Positions 1 to 11,638 of a DNA stretch of 64,000 nt are shown in pieces. The stretch's first letter is position 1; each line of letters starts with the position of its first letter. The translations under genes were made by a program, and so were the position numbers. The notes under the pieces are model-generated. The model ran no database searches. It was not told the DNA's origin and saw only the letters and a program-made list of their open reading frames with translations. Location: assembly GCA_900320975.1 (NCBI GenBank), contig ONUE01000001.1, positions 862-64,861 on the forward strand, read 5' to 3'. Source of the DNA: an uncultured Bacteroidales bacterium. Lineage in GTDB: Bacteria; Bacteroidota; Bacteroidia; Bacteroidales; P3.

Positions 1-9
1 CGACAAGCA

Positions 10-555
10 ATGGAACAGCAGGAGAAAAAATGGTATGTCGTCAGGGCAATCAGCGGTAAGGAGAAGAAAGCCAAGGAGTACATCGAGAGCGAAATGGCCA
101 AGCGTGGCTGGAGCAACGATGTGCCCACGGTGCTGATACCTACCGAGCAGGTGGTGGCTATACGCAACGGTAAGAAAGTTATCAAAGAGCGTAACTTCTT
201 CCCGGGCTATGTCATCATTGAAGCTAACCTGCGCGACGAAATCATCCCCGTCATCCAGAATCTGCCCAATGTTCTCGACTTCCTCCGCGAACGCGAGGGC
301 AAGCCGATACCGATGCGCCAGAATGAAATCAACCGCATCCTCGGCAAGATGGACGAGAGCCTGGACAGCAACGAGATGATGGATCGTTTCATTGTCGGCG
401 AGAACGTGAAGGTCATCGACGGCCCCTTCAACAGCTTTGTCGGAGTGGTCGAAGAAATCAACGAGGACAAGAAGAAATTGAAAGTTACGGTCAAGATCTT
501 CGGTCGCAAGACCCCCCTCGAACTGAACTTCTCGCAGGTTGAGAAAGACCAGTAA
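10..555 (+). CDS. nusG: Transcription termination/antitermination factor NusG
   Basis: 181-aa ORF. NGN-type N-terminus (KKWYVVRAISGKEKKA) and KOW-type C-terminus (GENVKVIDGPFNSFVGVVEEI). Lies immediately upstream of rplKAJL-rpoBC. Confidence 0.95.
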   Translation: MEQQEKKWYVVRAISGKEKKAKEYIESEMAKRGWSNDVPTVLIPTEQVVAIRNGKKVIKERNFFPGYVIIEANLRDEIIPVIQNLPNVLDFLREREGKPIPMRQNEINRILGKMDESLDSNEMMDRFIVGENVKVIDGPFNSFVGVVEEINEDKKKLKVTVKIFGRKTPLELNFSQVEKDQ

Positions 556-589
556 CCTAAAATAACTAACCTATTAAAACAGTAAATCA

Positions 590-1033
590 ATGGCAAAAGA
601 AGTTGCAGGATTGATTAAGCTGCAAATCAAAGGCGCTGCTGCCAACCCCGCACCCCCAGTGGGACCCGCCCTTGGTGCCAAGGGTGTGAACATCATGGAG
701 TTCTGCAAGCAGTTCAATGCCCGTACCCAGGATCAGGCCGGCAAGGTTGTGCCCGTCATCATCACTGTGTACACCGACAAGTCCTTTGACTTTGTTCTTA
801 AGACTCCTCCTGTTGCTGTCCAGCTGAAAGAGATGTCCAAGGCGCAGAAAGGCTCCGGCGAGCCCAACCGCGTGAAGGTCGCCTCCGTCACCTGGGAGCA
901 GGTGCGCCAGATTGCCGAGGCCAAAATGCCCGACCTCAATTGCTTCACTATTGAGAGCGCTATGAGCATGGTGGCTGGCACTGCCCGCAGCATGGGTATC
1001 ACCGTTACGGGTGAGAATCCCTTGAACAAGTAA
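590..1033 (+). CDS. rplK: 50S ribosomal protein uL11
   Basis: 147 aa. Canonical uL11 N-terminus ([36 protein letters not shown]). Conserved gene order. Confidence 0.96.
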   Translation: MAKEVAGLIKLQIKGAAANPAPPVGPALGAKGVNIMEFCKQFNARTQDQAGKVVPVIITVYTDKSFDFVLKTPPVAVQLKEMSKAQKGSGEPNRVKVASVTWEQVRQIAEAKMPDLNCFTIESAMSMVAGTARSMGITVTGENPLNK

Positions 1034-1101
1034 AAAAGTTAGTAACAGTGGTAGCATAAGTAGCGCGAGCGAAAGTGCGTTGACCACAAAAACAGAAAGA
1101 A

Positions 1102-1797
1102 ATGGCAAAACTTACCAAGAAACAGAAAGAGGCTGTTGCCAAATTCGACGGCAGCAAAGTCTATTCCCTTGAAGAGGCTGTCAGCATCGTGAAGAACATT
1201 ACCTTCACCAAGTTTGACGCTTCTGTTGACATTGATGTGCGCCTTGGTGTTGACCCCCGCAAGGCCAACCAGATGGTGCGTGGTAGCGTGACCCTGCCTC
1301 ACGGCACGGGTAAGACTATCCGCGTCCTCGTGCTCTGCACTCCCGACAAGGAGGAAGAGGCAAAGGCAGCCGGTGCCGATTACTACGGCCTCGACGAGTA
1401 CATCACCAAGATCAAGGGTGGCTGGACCGACGTGGATGTCATCATCACCATGCCGAGCTGCATGCCTAAGATCGGTGCCCTCGGACGCATCCTCGGCCCC
1501 CGCGGCTTGATGCCCAACCCCAAGACTGGCACTGTTACGATGGAAGTTGGCAAGGCTGTTCAGGAAGCCAAGGCCGGTAAGATCGACTTCAAGGTCGACA
1601 AATTCGGTATCATCCATACCGCCGTGGCCAAATGCTCCTTCGACGACCAGAAGATCGTTGAGAATGCCAAGGAAGTGCTCCAGATGATCATGAAGCTCAA
1701 ACCGAGTGCCGCCAAGGGTACCTATGTGAAGAGCATCGCCATCAGCAGCACCATGAGCCCTGGCGTGAAGGTGGACACCAAAGCCGCTACTCTGTAA
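1102..1797 (+). CDS. rplA: 50S ribosomal protein uL1
   Basis: 231 aa. uL1 motifs ([44 protein letters not shown]). Follows rplK. Confidence 0.96.
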   Translation: MAKLTKKQKEAVAKFDGSKVYSLEEAVSIVKNITFTKFDASVDIDVRLGVDPRKANQMVRGSVTLPHGTGKTIRVLVLCTPDKEEEAKAAGADYYGLDEYITKIKGGWTDVDVIITMPSCMPKIGALGRILGPRGLMPNPKTGTVTMEVGKAVQEAKAGKIDFKVDKFGIIHTAVAKCSFDDQKIVENAKEVLQMIMKLKPSAAKGTYVKSIAISSTMSPGVKVDTKAATL

Positions 1798-1819
1798 TCT
1801 TTAAAACGTAAGAAACATT

Positions 1820-2350
1820 ATGAGAAAAGAACTGAAAGACCAGCACATCGACGCTCTGTGCGAAGAGATCAAGGCCTATCCCAATCTCTATATTGCAGAC
1901 ATTGGAGGCTTGAACTCGGTGCAGACCAGCAAACTGCGTCGTGCCGCCTTCCGCAACGAGGTGAAGCTGGAGGTTGTAAAGAACACTCTTCTCATCAAGG
2001 CTCTCGAGAAGTCGGGCTTCGACTATTCCGAGTTGTTCCCTGTGATCAAGGGTGAAACCGCCATAATGCTTTCGAACACCAACAATGCACCCGCCAAGCT
2101 CATCAAGAGCTTCCGCGCCGCCGAGAAGACCGCTGAGAAGCCCATTCTCAAAGGCGCCTATGTCGAAGAGTGCTTCTATATCGGACACGAGAACCTCGAC
2201 GCCTTGGTCAACATCAAGTCCAAGAACGAGCTCATCGCCGATGTGGTTGCCCTGCTGCAGTCGCCCATCAAGAACGTCATGTCGCAGGTTCAGTCGGCTG
2301 GCAATACCATTACCGGTGTGCTGAAAACTTTGGAGGAGCGCCAGGCCTAA
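1820..2350 (+). CDS. rplJ: 50S ribosomal protein uL10
   Basis: 176 aa, located between rplA and rplL. uL10-like sequence (LRRAAFRNEVKLEVVKNTL). Confidence 0.93.
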   Translation: MRKELKDQHIDALCEEIKAYPNLYIADIGGLNSVQTSKLRRAAFRNEVKLEVVKNTLLIKALEKSGFDYSELFPVIKGETAIMLSNTNNAPAKLIKSFRAAEKTAEKPILKGAYVEECFYIGHENLDALVNIKSKNELIADVVALLQSPIKNVMSQVQSAGNTITGVLKTLEERQA

Positions 2351-2440
2351 AGCCGAGCGCAAGAGGCCTGGCCAGCCTTTAGAAAGGGCCAATAAACAAA
2401 AACAATTAACAAAAAGTAAAACATTTAAAATTAAATAGTC

Positions 2441-2758
2441 ATGGCAGACATTAAAGCTATCGCTGAAGAACTGGTTAACCTTACCGTTAAGGAAGTTAAA
2501 GAACTCGCTGACGTCCTGAAAGAGGAGTACGCTGAGGAGAAGACCTCCTTCGACGTAATCCTGAAGGGTGTTCCCGATCAGACCAAGAAGCTTGCCGTTG
2601 TGAAGGCTGTTAAGGATATGGCCTCCCTCGGTCTGAAAGAGTCCAAGGAACTGGTTGACAACGCCCCCAAGCCCGTTAAGGAAGGCGTCTCCAAGGACGA
2701 GGCTGAGAGCCTGAAGAAAGCCCTCGAAGAGGCTGGTGCCGAAGTCGAGGTTAAGTAA
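2441..2758 (+). CDS. rplL: 50S ribosomal protein bL12 (L7/L12), unusually short with no visible hinge
   Basis: 105 aa. The bL12 N-terminal dimerisation helix ([30 protein letters not shown]) is joined to the C-terminal domain (TSFDVILK...[43 protein letters not shown]) by only AEEK. Confidence 0.9.
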   Translation: MADIKAIAEELVNLTVKEVKELADVLKEEYAEEKTSFDVILKGVPDQTKKLAVVKAVKDMASLGLKESKELVDNAPKPVKEGVSKDEAESLKKALEEAGAEVEVK

Positions 2759-2784
2759 GGTCACCCAACCTTCTCATACCTACG

Positions 2785-2850
2785 AGGAATAGGGCCTCCG
2801 GCATAGTCCGGAGTGCCTATTCCTTGTTGCTGTGGAAAAAAGATTCCACA
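2785..2850 (+). terminator. Two hairpins in the rplL-rpoB spacer (candidate partial terminator/attenuator)
   Basis: AGGAATAGG..CTCCGG-loop-CCGGAG..CCTATTCCT at 2785-2824 (9+6 bp with a 2-nt internal mismatch), followed by TTGTTG. Second hairpin TGTGGAA-aaaaga-TTCCACA at 2831-2850. The position matches the known E. coli rplL-rpoB attenuator. Confidence 0.45.
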
Positions 2851-2935
2851 GTTGTCGACCCCTCCAACACCCTTAATTGGGGCACTCTTTTATCAGCTGC
2901 GATAAGTAATAGAAAAAGATAAATTATTCAGTCCC

Positions 2936-5900
2936 TTGGCAAAAAAAGAACCCACAGTAGTAAATTTCGCGTCGGTACGCAAATTTGATTACCCGGATTT
3001 TCTCGATATTCAGGTCAAGTCGTTCAAAGACTTCTTCCAAATAGAGACCAACCCCGACAATCGTCTTGATGAGGGTTTGTTCAAGGTCTTCAAGGAGAAT
3101 TTCCCCATCACGGATGCGCGAAATAATTTTGAACTCGAATTCTTGGATTATTACATTGATCCTCCCCGCTACACCATCGAGGAGTGCATCGAGCGCGGTC
3201 TCACGTACAGTGTGCCGTTGAAAGCCAAGATGAAGCTCAGTTGCAAGGATCCCGAGAACGAGGATTTCCAGACCATAGAGCAGCACGTGTATCTCGGAAT
3301 GATACCGTATATGACCCCGAAGGGTACCTTCGTTATCAATGGCGCCGAGCGTGTCGTTGTTTCGCAGTTGCACCGTTCGCCGGGCGTGTTCTTCGGTACT
3401 CAGTTCCACTCCAACGGTACACAGCTCTATTCGGCTCGTATCATCCCGTTCAAGGGTTCGTGGATGGAGTTCACCACCGATATAAACAACGTGATGTATG
3501 CTTATATCGACCGTAAGAAGAAACTCCCCATCACCACGCTGCTCCGCGCCATCGGCTTTGAGTCGGACAAGGATATCCTTGATATCTTTGAGTTGGCCGA
3601 AGAAGTGAAGGTTACCCGCAACAACCTCAAGAAGTTCATCGGCAAGCAGCTTGCCGCTCGTGTGGTGGAAACTTGGACTGAGGACTTCGTGGATGAGGAC
3701 ACCGGCGAGGTGGTCTCCATGGAGCGCACTGAGGTTGTCATTGAGCGTGATGTTGAGCTCACCGAAGAGCATATAGAGAAGATACTGTCGCTGGATGTCA
3801 AGTCTATCCTTATCAAGACTGACGACAAAGATGGCATCGACTATTCGGTGATTTACAATACCCTCAAGAAAGACACCGCAAACAATGCCAAGGAAGCCTG
3901 TGAGTATATCTACAGGCAATTGCGCAATGCCGAGCCGCCAGATGAAGAGACGGCCCGTAGCATTATCGAAAAGCTCTTCTTCTCGGAGAAGCGCTACGAC
4001 TTGGGTGATGTAGGACGCTACAGAATCAATACCAAGCTTAACCTTGATGTACCGGACAATGTCCGTGTGCTCACCAAGGAGGACATCACCTCTATCATCA
4101 AGTATTTGGTTGAACTTATCAACCAGAAGGCCGAGGTGGACGATATCGACCACCTGTCGAACCGTCGTATCCGCACCGTCGGAGAGCAGCTCTCCAACCA
4201 GTTCGGCGTCGGTCTGGCCCGCATGTCGCGCACCATACGTGAGCGTATGAATGTGCGTGATAATGAGTTGTTCACTCCTACGGAGTTGATCAACGCTAAA
4301 ACTTTGTCTTCGGTCATCAACTCGTTCTTCGGTACCAACCAGTTGAGCCAGTTCATGGACCAGACCAACCCTCTGGCAGAGTTGACTCACAAGCGCCGTA
4401 TCTCGGCACTTGGTCCTGGAGGTCTGTCGCGTGAGCGTGCAGGTTTCGAGGTGCGTGACGTTCACTATACGCACTATGGTCGTCTCTGCACCATTGAGAC
4501 CCCTGAAGGCCCGAATATCGGTCTTATCTCTTCGCTGTGTGTCTATGCTAAGATTAACGAGCTTGGCTTCATAGAGACTCCCTATCAGCGTGTCGTCAAC
4601 GGTCAGGTGCAGTTGGATGAGCCTCCTGTGTACCTGTCTGCAGAGGCCGAGGAGAACAAGACGGTTGCGCAGGCTACCACTCCGCAGGACGAGAAGGGCA
4701 ACATCACCGTACCGCGTGTCAAGGCTCGTCGTCAGGCCGACTTCCCCATTGTCGCTCCTGAGGAGATTGACCTTATTGACATTGCTTCTAACCAGATTGC
4801 ATCTATAGCTGCATCGCTCATCCCGTTCCTGGAGCATGATGATGCTAACCGAGCCCTGATGGGATCGAACATGATGCGTCAGGCTGTGCCTCTGCTCAAC
4901 CCCGAGATACCCATTGTTGGTACCGGTATTGAGGAGGCTGTGGCTCATGACAGCCGTGTGCTGCTGAATGCAGAAGCCGACGGCGTTGTAGAGTATGTCG
5001 ACTCTACAAAGATTGTCATTCGCCACAACCGTACCGAGAAGGACCGTCTGGTATCCTTCGACGACGATATCAAAGAATATATACTCACTAAATATCAGCG
5101 CACCAACCACTCCACTGCCATCAACCTGCGTCCTATTGTCAAGAAAGGCGACAAGGTCAAGAAAGGCCAGGTGCTGTGTGAGGGTTATGCCACTCAGGGT
5201 GGTGAACTGGCCCTTGGCCGCAACATGATGGTTGCATTCATGCCTTGGAAGGGTTATAACTTCGAGGATGCTGTGGTTATTTCTGAGCGTGTTGTACGTG
5301 AGGATATCTATACCTCAGTCCACGTTGAGGAATTCACCCTTGAGGTGCGCGAAACTAAGCGTGGTAATGAGGAGCTTACCCGCGATATTCCCAATGTGGG
5401 TAATGACGCCACCAAGGACCTTGACGAGAATGGTATCATCCGTATCGGTGCCGAGGTTAAGGAAGGCGATATCCTCATTGGTAAGATTACTCCGAAGGGT
5501 GAGTCTGATCCCACCCCGGAAGAGAAGCTGCTGCGTGCCATCTTCGGCGAGAAAGCAGGCGATGTGAAAGATGCTTCGTTGAAGGTTCCGCCTTCGATGC
5601 ACGGTGTTGTCATCGACAAGAAGCTCTTTGCTCGCGTCGTGCGTGACCGCAAAGCCCGCGCCAAGGAGAAAGAGTTGCTCGCAAAGCCGGAGGAGGAGTT
5701 CCGCTTTGAGTGCGAAGAGCTGAAAGAGAAGCTCATTGCCAAGCTGCTTGTCATTCTCAATGGTAAGGTGTCCAATGGTGTCTACACCAACCACCGCGAG
5801 GAGCTTATCCCCAAGAAGGTTAAGTTCACCGCAAAGACTCTCAAGTCTATTGACTATACCGAGGTCAGTCCCAACAAGTGGACCACCGACAAAGAGACCA

Positions 5901-6739
5901 ACGCTCTTATCAAGGAGTTGCTTAACAACTACAATATCAAGTTCCGCGAGATTAACGGACGTTTCACTCGTAACAAATTCGCCCTCACCGTTGGTGATGA
6001 CCTGCCGAGTGGTATAGTTCAGATGGCCAAAGTCTATATCGCAATGAAGCGCAAACTGCGTATCGGTGATAAGATGGCTGGTCGTCACGGTAATAAGGGT
6101 ATTGTGTCGAAGATCGTCCGCGCCGAGGACATGCCGTTCTTGGCAGACGGAACACCTGTCGACATAGTGCTGAACCCCCTCGGTGTGCCTTCGCGAATGA
6201 ACCTCGGTCAGATTTATGAGACCGTTCTGGGTTGGGCCGGTAAGAAACTCGGCAAGCGCTTTAAGACCCCCATTTTCGATGGTGCTACGCTGGAGCAGAT
6301 AAACGGCTATATGCGTGAGGCTGGTCTGCCTGAGAATGGCCGCACCTACCTCTACGATGGTGAAACTGGTGAGCGTTTTGACCAGCCGGCCACTGTGGGT
6401 TACATCTATTACCTCAAGCTGCACCACATGATTGACGATAAGATGCATGCTCGTTCCATTGGTCCTTACTCACTCATCACTCAGCAGCCTCTTGGCGGTA
6501 AAGCCAACTTCGGTGGTCAGCGTTTCGGTGAGATGGAGGTCTGGGCCCTTGAAGCCTACGGTGCATCGCATGTTCTGCAGGAGGTTCTTACTGTCAAGAG
6601 TGACGATGTTATGGGTCGTGCCAAAGCTTACGAGGCCATTGTCAAGGGTGACAATATGCCGGTGCCGGGCATTCCCGAGTCGTTCAACGTCCTTGTCCAC
6701 GAGTTGCGTGGCTTGGGTCTTGAGGTAACATTTGATTAA
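2936..6739 (+). CDS. rpoB: DNA-directed RNA polymerase subunit beta
   Basis: 1267 aa with conserved beta-subunit blocks ([53 protein letters not shown]). The ORF-track start is TTG at 2936 and I saw no upstream in-frame ATG, so the exact start is uncertain. Confidence 0.95.
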   Translation: MAKKEPTVVNFASVRKFDYPDFLDIQVKSFKDFFQIETNPDNRLDEGLFKVFKENFPITDARNNFELEFLDYYIDPPRYTIEECIERGLTYSVPLKAKMKLSCKDPENEDFQTIEQHVYLGMIPYMTPKGTFVINGAERVVVSQLHRSPGVFFGTQFHSNGTQLYSARIIPFKGSWMEFTTDINNVMYAYIDRKKKLPITTLLRAIGFESDKDILDIFELAEEVKVTRNNLKKFIGKQLAARVVETWTEDFVDEDTGEVVSMERTEVVIERDVELTEEHIEKILSLDVKSILIKTDDKDGIDYSVIYNTLKKDTANNAKEACEYIYRQLRNAEPPDEETARSIIEKLFFSEKRYDLGDVGRYRINTKLNLDVPDNVRVLTKEDITSIIKYLVELINQKAEVDDIDHLSNRRIRTVGEQLSNQFGVGLARMSRTIRERMNVRDNELFTPTELINAKTLSSVINSFFGTNQLSQFMDQTNPLAELTHKRRISALGPGGLSRERAGFEVRDVHYTHYGRLCTIETPEGPNIGLISSLCVYAKINELGFIETPYQRVVNGQVQLDEPPVYLSAEAEENKTVAQATTPQDEKGNITVPRVKARRQADFPIVAPEEIDLIDIASNQIASIAASLIPFLEHDDANRALMGSNMMRQAVPLLNPEIPIVGTGIEEAVAHDSRVLLNAEADGVVEYVDSTKIVIRHNRTEKDRLVSFDDDIKEYILTKYQRTNHSTAINLRPIVKKGDKVKKGQVLCEGYATQGGELALGRNMMVAFMPWKGYNFEDAVVISERVVREDIYTSVHVEEFTLEVRETKRGNEELTRDIPNVGNDATKDLDENGIIRIGAEVKEGDILIGKITPKGESDPTPEEKLLRAIFGEKAGDVKDASLKVPPSMHGVVIDKKLFARVVRDRKARAKEKELLAKPEEEFRFECEELKEKLIAKLLVILNGKVSNGVYTNHREELIPKKVKFTAKTLKSIDYTEVSPNKWTTDKETNALIKELLNNYNIKFREINGRFTRNKFALTVGDDLPSGIVQMAKVYIAMKRKLRIGDKMAGRHGNKGIVSKIVRAEDMPFLADGTPVDIVLNPLGVPSRMNLGQIYETVLGWAGKKLGKRFKTPIFDGATLEQINGYMREAGLPENGRTYLYDGETGERFDQPATVGYIYYLKLHHMIDDKMHARSIGPYSLITQQPLGGKANFGGQRFGEMEVWALEAYGASHVLQEVLTVKSDDVMGRAKAYEAIVKGDNMPVPGIPESFNVLVHELRGLGLEVTFD

Positions 6740-6769
6740 ATAGGTTCCAAATAGTTAAGTATAGAGAAC

Positions 6770-9700
6770 ATGGCTTTTAAACAAGAATCTCAGTTAAAAA
6801 CCGATTTCAACGCTATAACCATTAGCCTGGCGTCGCCCGAGTCCATCAAGCGTCGTTCCTATGGCGAGGTTACCAAGCCTGAAACCATAAACTACCGTAC
6901 GTACAAGCCCGAGCGTGACGGCTTGTTCTGCGAGCGCATCTTCGGCCCCACCCGTGACTGGGAGTGCCATTGCGGCAAATACAAGCGTATCCGTTATAAG
7001 GGTATTGTCTGTGACCGTTGCGGTGTCGAGGTTACCGAAAAGAAAGTGCGTCGTGAACGTATGGGACATATTGAGCTTGTCGTTCCCATTGCTCATATTT
7101 GGTTCTTCCGCTCCCTGCCCAACAAGATAGGCACTCTGCTGAATATTCCTTCGAAGAAACTTGACCAGGTCATCTATTATGAGAAATACATCGTTCTGCA
7201 GCCTGGTAAGGCTATGCTCAACGAGATGCCTGTCCAGAAACTTGACTTGCTCAGCGAAGAGGAGTACTATCTCATTCAGGATAGTCTTCCCGAAGATAAC
7301 GCCCAGTTGTCCGATAGCGACCCCAACAAGTTTATTGCTGGTATGGGCGCAGAGGCATTATATACGTTGCTTTCCGAGCTTGATCTCGATAAGTTGAGCT
7401 ATGAGCTGCGTGCCAAAGCATCACATGAGACTGCTGTGGCTCGTAAGCAGGATGCCCTCAAGCGTCTTAATGTTATCGAGTCGTTCCGTGAGTCGCAGCG
7501 CGCCATGCAGGAGCGTGGTATGGATAACCGTCCTGAGTGGATGATTATGAACATCATTCCAGTTATTCCTCCCGATCTGCGTCCTTTGGTGCCGCTGGAT
7601 GGTGGCCGCTTTGCCACCTCTGACATCAATGAACTTTACCGTCGCGTTATTATCCGCAACAACCGACTGAAACGCCTTGTCGAGATTAAGGCTCCTGAAG
7701 TCATCATGCGTAACGAGAAGCGCATGCTTCAAGAAGCAGTTGACTCGTTGTTTGATAACAGTCGCAAGGTCTCCAGTGTTAAGAGTGAGAGCAACCGAGC
7801 CCTCAAGTCACTCTCCGATGCCCTCAAGGGCAAGCAGGGTCGCTTCCGTCAGAACCTGCTCGGTAAGCGTGTCGACTACTCTGGCCGTTCGGTTATTGTT
7901 GTCGGACCTGAGTTGAAGATGCATGAGTGTGGTCTGCCTAAGGATATGGCCGCTGAGCTCTTCAAACCATACGTCATTCGCAAACTTCTTGAGCGTGGAT
8001 TGGTGAAGACAGTCAAGAGCGCAAAAAAGATTGTCGACCGTAAGGAACCCGTTGTGTGGGAAATCCTTGAGAACATACTGAAGGGTCACCCCATACTGCT
8101 CAACCGTGCTCCTACGCTGCACCGTCTCGGTATCCAGGCTTTCCAGCCCAAGCTTGTGGAAGGTAAGGCCATTCGTCTGCACCCCTTGGTGTGTACTGGC
8201 TTCAACGCTGACTTCGATGGTGACCAGATGGCCGTCCATGTGCCTATGGGCAATGCTGCTATTCTTGAGGCTCAGCTGCTGATGCTCTCCACACACAACA
8301 TCCTCAACCCCGCTAACGGTGCTCCTATTACCGTTCCGTCGCAGGATATGGTGCTTGGTCTGTATTACATGACCAAACCGCGTCGTACTACCGAGACTGA
8401 GGTTGTGAAGGGTGAAGGTCAGCGTTTCTATTCCGCAGAGGAGGTCATCATCGCCTACAACGAGAAGCGAGTCGATCTCAATGCCTGCATCAGTGTACAG
8501 ATGCCTGTCCCGGAAGGTCAGAACGAGTACAGCTATATTAAGACTGACAAGACCTTTATGGAGGTCATCAAAGATAAGAAAGGCAAAGTCCTTACCGATA
8601 TTGATTGCAATACTCCTGCCGAGGAGGCTATGCACAGCCGCACCGAGTATGAGGTGAAGCGCGACAAGGATGGTAATGTCATAGTGGACAAGAAGGGCCA
8701 CTATATCAAGACCAACCGCCTCCGCACTACTGTTGGTCGCGTCATTTTCAATCAGGTTGTGCCTAACCAGTATGGCTACATCAACCAGATTATGGGTAAG
8801 AAGTCTCTGCGTGACATCATCGGTGACATCTTCACCGAGTGTGGCAATGCAGTGACTGCAACCTTCCTTGATGACATTAAGAACATGGGTTATCGTCAGG
8901 CCTTCCGTGGTGGTCTTTCCTTCAACTTGGGCGATGTTATCATCCCTGCTGAGAAAGAACAGCTTATCGAAAAGGCCAACGAAGAGGTTGAGGAAGTTAT
9001 GGCCCAGTACGCCATGGGTCTTATCACCAATAACGAGCGTTATAACCACGTTATCGATATCTGGACCAACACCAACAACCAGCTCACAGAAACTCTGATG
9101 AAGCAGCTCAAGGCCGATAATCAGGGCTTCAACCCCATCTATATGATGTATGACTCTGGTGCTCGTGGTAGTAAGGAACAGATTCGTCAGCTCTCTGGTA
9201 TGCGTGGTCTTATGGCCAAGCCTCAGAAAGCTGGTAGCGCTGGCAATGAGATTATCGAGAACCCCATTGTGTCTAACTTTAAGGAAGGTCTTTCGGTTCT
9301 TGAGTACTTCATTTCCACTCACGGTGCTCGTAAGGGTCTTGCTGATACCGCTCTTAAGACGGCTGATGCTGGTTACCTCACCCGTCGTCTTGTTGATGTG
9401 GCGCACGATGTTATCATCACTGAAGAGGACTGCGGCACTCTGCGTGGTCTGCCCACTACGGCTCTTAAGAAGGGTGAGGATATTGTCCAGAGCCTTGGCG
9501 AGAAGATTCTTGGTCGCACCTCTGTGCACGATATCTATCATCCTCAGACCGGCGAACTTATTGCTCATGCCGGTGAGGAACTCACCGAAGAGATATGCAA
9601 GAAGATAGAAGAGTCTCCCATTGAGGAGGTCGAGATCCGTTCCGTGCTCACCTGCGAGTCCAAGCATGGCGTCTGCGCCAAGTGCTACGGCCGCAACCTT

Positions 9701-11245
9701 GCCACTGGCAAGATGGTACAGAAAGGTGAAGCCGTCGGCGTCATTGCCGCACAGGCTATCGGTGAGCCTGGTACGCAGCTGACCCTTCGTACCTTCCACG
9801 TTGGCGGTGTGGCCGGTGGCAATATCGGTACCACTTCTAGTCTGCAGGCTAAGTATGAAGGCCGTCTCATTATTGATGAGCTTCGTTCCATACCTTATAC
9901 TGACAACGAGGGCAACAGCTACCATATCGTCATGGGTCGTTCGGCTGAGATGCGCATCGTCGACAATCGTACAGATGTCACTCTCTTCTCCTCGCTTCTG
10001 CCTTATGGTGCCAAGTTGTATAAATCCTCTGGCGAACAGCTCCAGAAGGGAGACCTCATTGCCGAGTGGGATCCTTACAATGCAGTCATCATCTCCGATG
10101 TGGCCGGTAAGGTTGCCTTCGAGAACGTTATTGAAAACGTCACCTACCGTGTCGAGAGCGATGCTCAGACAGGACTTCAGGATAAGGTTGTCATTGAGAG
10201 CCGTCAGCGTACCAAGAACCCAACCCTCAACATTGTTGACAGCGAGGGCAATATTCTTAAGGTATACGATCTTCCTGTTGGTGCCCACATCGGTGTTGAC
10301 AAAGGTCAGGAGCTCAAGGCTGGTGATATCATGGTCAAGATTCCGCGTTCCTTTGGTAAGGCAGGTGATATCACGGGTGGTCTACCCCGCGTCACTGAGC
10401 TTTTCGAGGCCCGTAACCCGTCTGATCCTGCCATTGTGGCCGAGGTTGACGGTATCGTGTCCATCGCCAAGAAACTTAAGCGTGGTAACCGTGAAGTTAC
10501 CATTACCTCCAAGACTGGTGAACAGCGTTCATACCTTATCCCCACTTCCAAGCAGATTCTTGCTCAGGACAGCGATTATGTCAAGGCCGGTACGCCGCTT
10601 TCCGACGGTGCCATCACGCCTAGCGACATCCTCGCTATTAAGGGCCCGATGAAGGTTCAGGAGTACATCGTCAATGAGGTACAGGAAGTTTACCGTCTGC
10701 AGGGTGTGAAGATCAACGATAAGCATTTTGAGGTCATTGTGCGTCAGATGATGCGCAAGGTCGAGATTGAGGATCCGGGCGACACCCGCTTCCTTGAAGG
10801 CGACCTCGTCAATCGTCTTGACTTCAACGATGTTAACGACCGCATCTTCGGCATGAAGTATGTCGAGGATCCGGGCGACAGCACCACTCTCTTCGAGGGT
10901 CAGATTGTCACCGCACGCGAGCTTCGCGACGAGAACTCTGCCTTGCGTCGTCAAGACAAGAAACTTGTCTCTGTGCGCGACGCACGTCCGGCTACCTGCA
11001 AGCAGGTGCTGCAGGGTATCACCCGTGCTTCGTTGCAGACCAAATCCTTTATATCCGCAGCCTCCTTCCAGGAGACCACCAAGGTGCTCACCGAGGCCGC
11101 TATCAATGCCAAGCGCGACACTCTCTTGGGTATGAAGGAAAATGTTATCGTCGGTCACCTCATTCCCGCCGGTACTGGTCTTCGCGAATATCAGGACCTT
11201 GTGGTTGGCAATGCCTCGACTATGAGTGCTGATAAAGTGAAGTGA
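6770..11245 (+). CDS. rpoC: DNA-directed RNA polymerase subunit beta'
   Basis: 1491 aa. Zn-finger [23 protein letters not shown] and catalytic [12 protein letters not shown] are present. Trigger-loop region carries a sandwich-barrel insertion. Confidence 0.97.
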   Translation: MAFKQESQLKTDFNAITISLASPESIKRRSYGEVTKPETINYRTYKPERDGLFCERIFGPTRDWECHCGKYKRIRYKGIVCDRCGVEVTEKKVRRERMGHIELVVPIAHIWFFRSLPNKIGTLLNIPSKKLDQVIYYEKYIVLQPGKAMLNEMPVQKLDLLSEEEYYLIQDSLPEDNAQLSDSDPNKFIAGMGAEALYTLLSELDLDKLSYELRAKASHETAVARKQDALKRLNVIESFRESQRAMQERGMDNRPEWMIMNIIPVIPPDLRPLVPLDGGRFATSDINELYRRVIIRNNRLKRLVEIKAPEVIMRNEKRMLQEAVDSLFDNSRKVSSVKSESNRALKSLSDALKGKQGRFRQNLLGKRVDYSGRSVIVVGPELKMHECGLPKDMAAELFKPYVIRKLLERGLVKTVKSAKKIVDRKEPVVWEILENILKGHPILLNRAPTLHRLGIQAFQPKLVEGKAIRLHPLVCTGFNADFDGDQMAVHVPMGNAAILEAQLLMLSTHNILNPANGAPITVPSQDMVLGLYYMTKPRRTTETEVVKGEGQRFYSAEEVIIAYNEKRVDLNACISVQMPVPEGQNEYSYIKTDKTFMEVIKDKKGKVLTDIDCNTPAEEAMHSRTEYEVKRDKDGNVIVDKKGHYIKTNRLRTTVGRVIFNQVVPNQYGYINQIMGKKSLRDIIGDIFTECGNAVTATFLDDIKNMGYRQAFRGGLSFNLGDVIIPAEKEQLIEKANEEVEEVMAQYAMGLITNNERYNHVIDIWTNTNNQLTETLMKQLKADNQGFNPIYMMYDSGARGSKEQIRQLSGMRGLMAKPQKAGSAGNEIIENPIVSNFKEGLSVLEYFISTHGARKGLADTALKTADAGYLTRRLVDVAHDVIITEEDCGTLRGLPTTALKKGEDIVQSLGEKILGRTSVHDIYHPQTGELIAHAGEELTEEICKKIEESPIEEVEIRSVLTCESKHGVCAKCYGRNLATGKMVQKGEAVGVIAAQAIGEPGTQLTLRTFHVGGVAGGNIGTTSSLQAKYEGRLIIDELRSIPYTDNEGNSYHIVMGRSAEMRIVDNRTDVTLFSSLLPYGAKLYKSSGEQLQKGDLIAEWDPYNAVIISDVAGKVAFENVIENVTYRVESDAQTGLQDKVVIESRQRTKNPTLNIVDSEGNILKVYDLPVGAHIGVDKGQELKAGDIMVKIPRSFGKAGDITGGLPRVTELFEARNPSDPAIVAEVDGIVSIAKKLKRGNREVTITSKTGEQRSYLIPTSKQILAQDSDYVKAGTPLSDGAITPSDILAIKGPMKVQEYIVNEVQEVYRLQGVKINDKHFEVIVRQMMRKVEIEDPGDTRFLEGDLVNRLDFNDVNDRIFGMKYVEDPGDSTTLFEGQIVTARELRDENSALRRQDKKLVSVRDARPATCKQVLQGITRASLQTKSFISAASFQETTKVLTEAAINAKRDTLLGMKENVIVGHLIPAGTGLREYQDLVVGNASTMSADKVK

Positions 11246-11270
11246 CACACTGATTGAACAATAACATTAC

Positions 11271-11303
11271 GGGGTCTCACGACATTGTCATGAGACCCCT
11301 TTT
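11271..11303 (+). terminator. Rho-independent terminator after rpoC
   Basis: GGGGTCTCA-loop-TGAGACCCC (9-bp GC-rich stem) followed by TTTT, 26 nt after the rpoC stop. Confidence 0.7.
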
Positions 11304-11320
11304 CAGAAAAAAAAATAGAT

Positions 11321-11638
11321 ATGGCAAATTCCAAAGAACAGCAGCAAAACCTTAAACTTAGCATTTCTCCAGAAGTGGCAGAAGGTACTTACAGCAACCT
11401 TGTTGTTATCAGCCACAACCCCACTGAGATTATTCTCGACTTTGCGCAGCTTCTTCCAGGCATAGAAGGAGCTTCCGTGCGCCGTCGCATCATTATGAGC
11501 CCCGTGCATGCCAAACGTACGCTTGCCGCTCTTAATGATAATATCAAGAAGTACGAACAGCAATTCGGCACAATTGAGGAACCTCGCATGCCAATGCAGG
11601 GAGATACTGTGCCTTACGACATTATTGGTAAGGCATGA
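11321..11638 (+). CDS. DUF3467-like small protein
   Basis: 105 aa. Recalled similarity to the DUF3467 family (YSNLVVISHNPTEIILDFAQLLPG...). As I recall, this family usually lies downstream of rpoC in Bacteroidetes. Confidence 0.7.
   Translation: MANSKEQQQNLKLSISPEVAEGTYSNLVVISHNPTEIILDFAQLLPGIEGASVRRRIIMSPVHAKRTLAALNDNIKKYEQQFGTIEEPRMPMQGDTVPYDIIGKA

Noticed and set aside
2924-10288. Very long antisense ORFs opposite rpoB (2924-5110, 728 aa) and rpoC (7808-10288, 826 aa).
   Set aside because: They lie exactly antisense to highly conserved genes. Their translations are low-complexity (Leu/Val/Arg/Gly-rich) with no recognisable motifs. They are explained by codon bias that avoids TTA/CTA/TCA in the sense strand.
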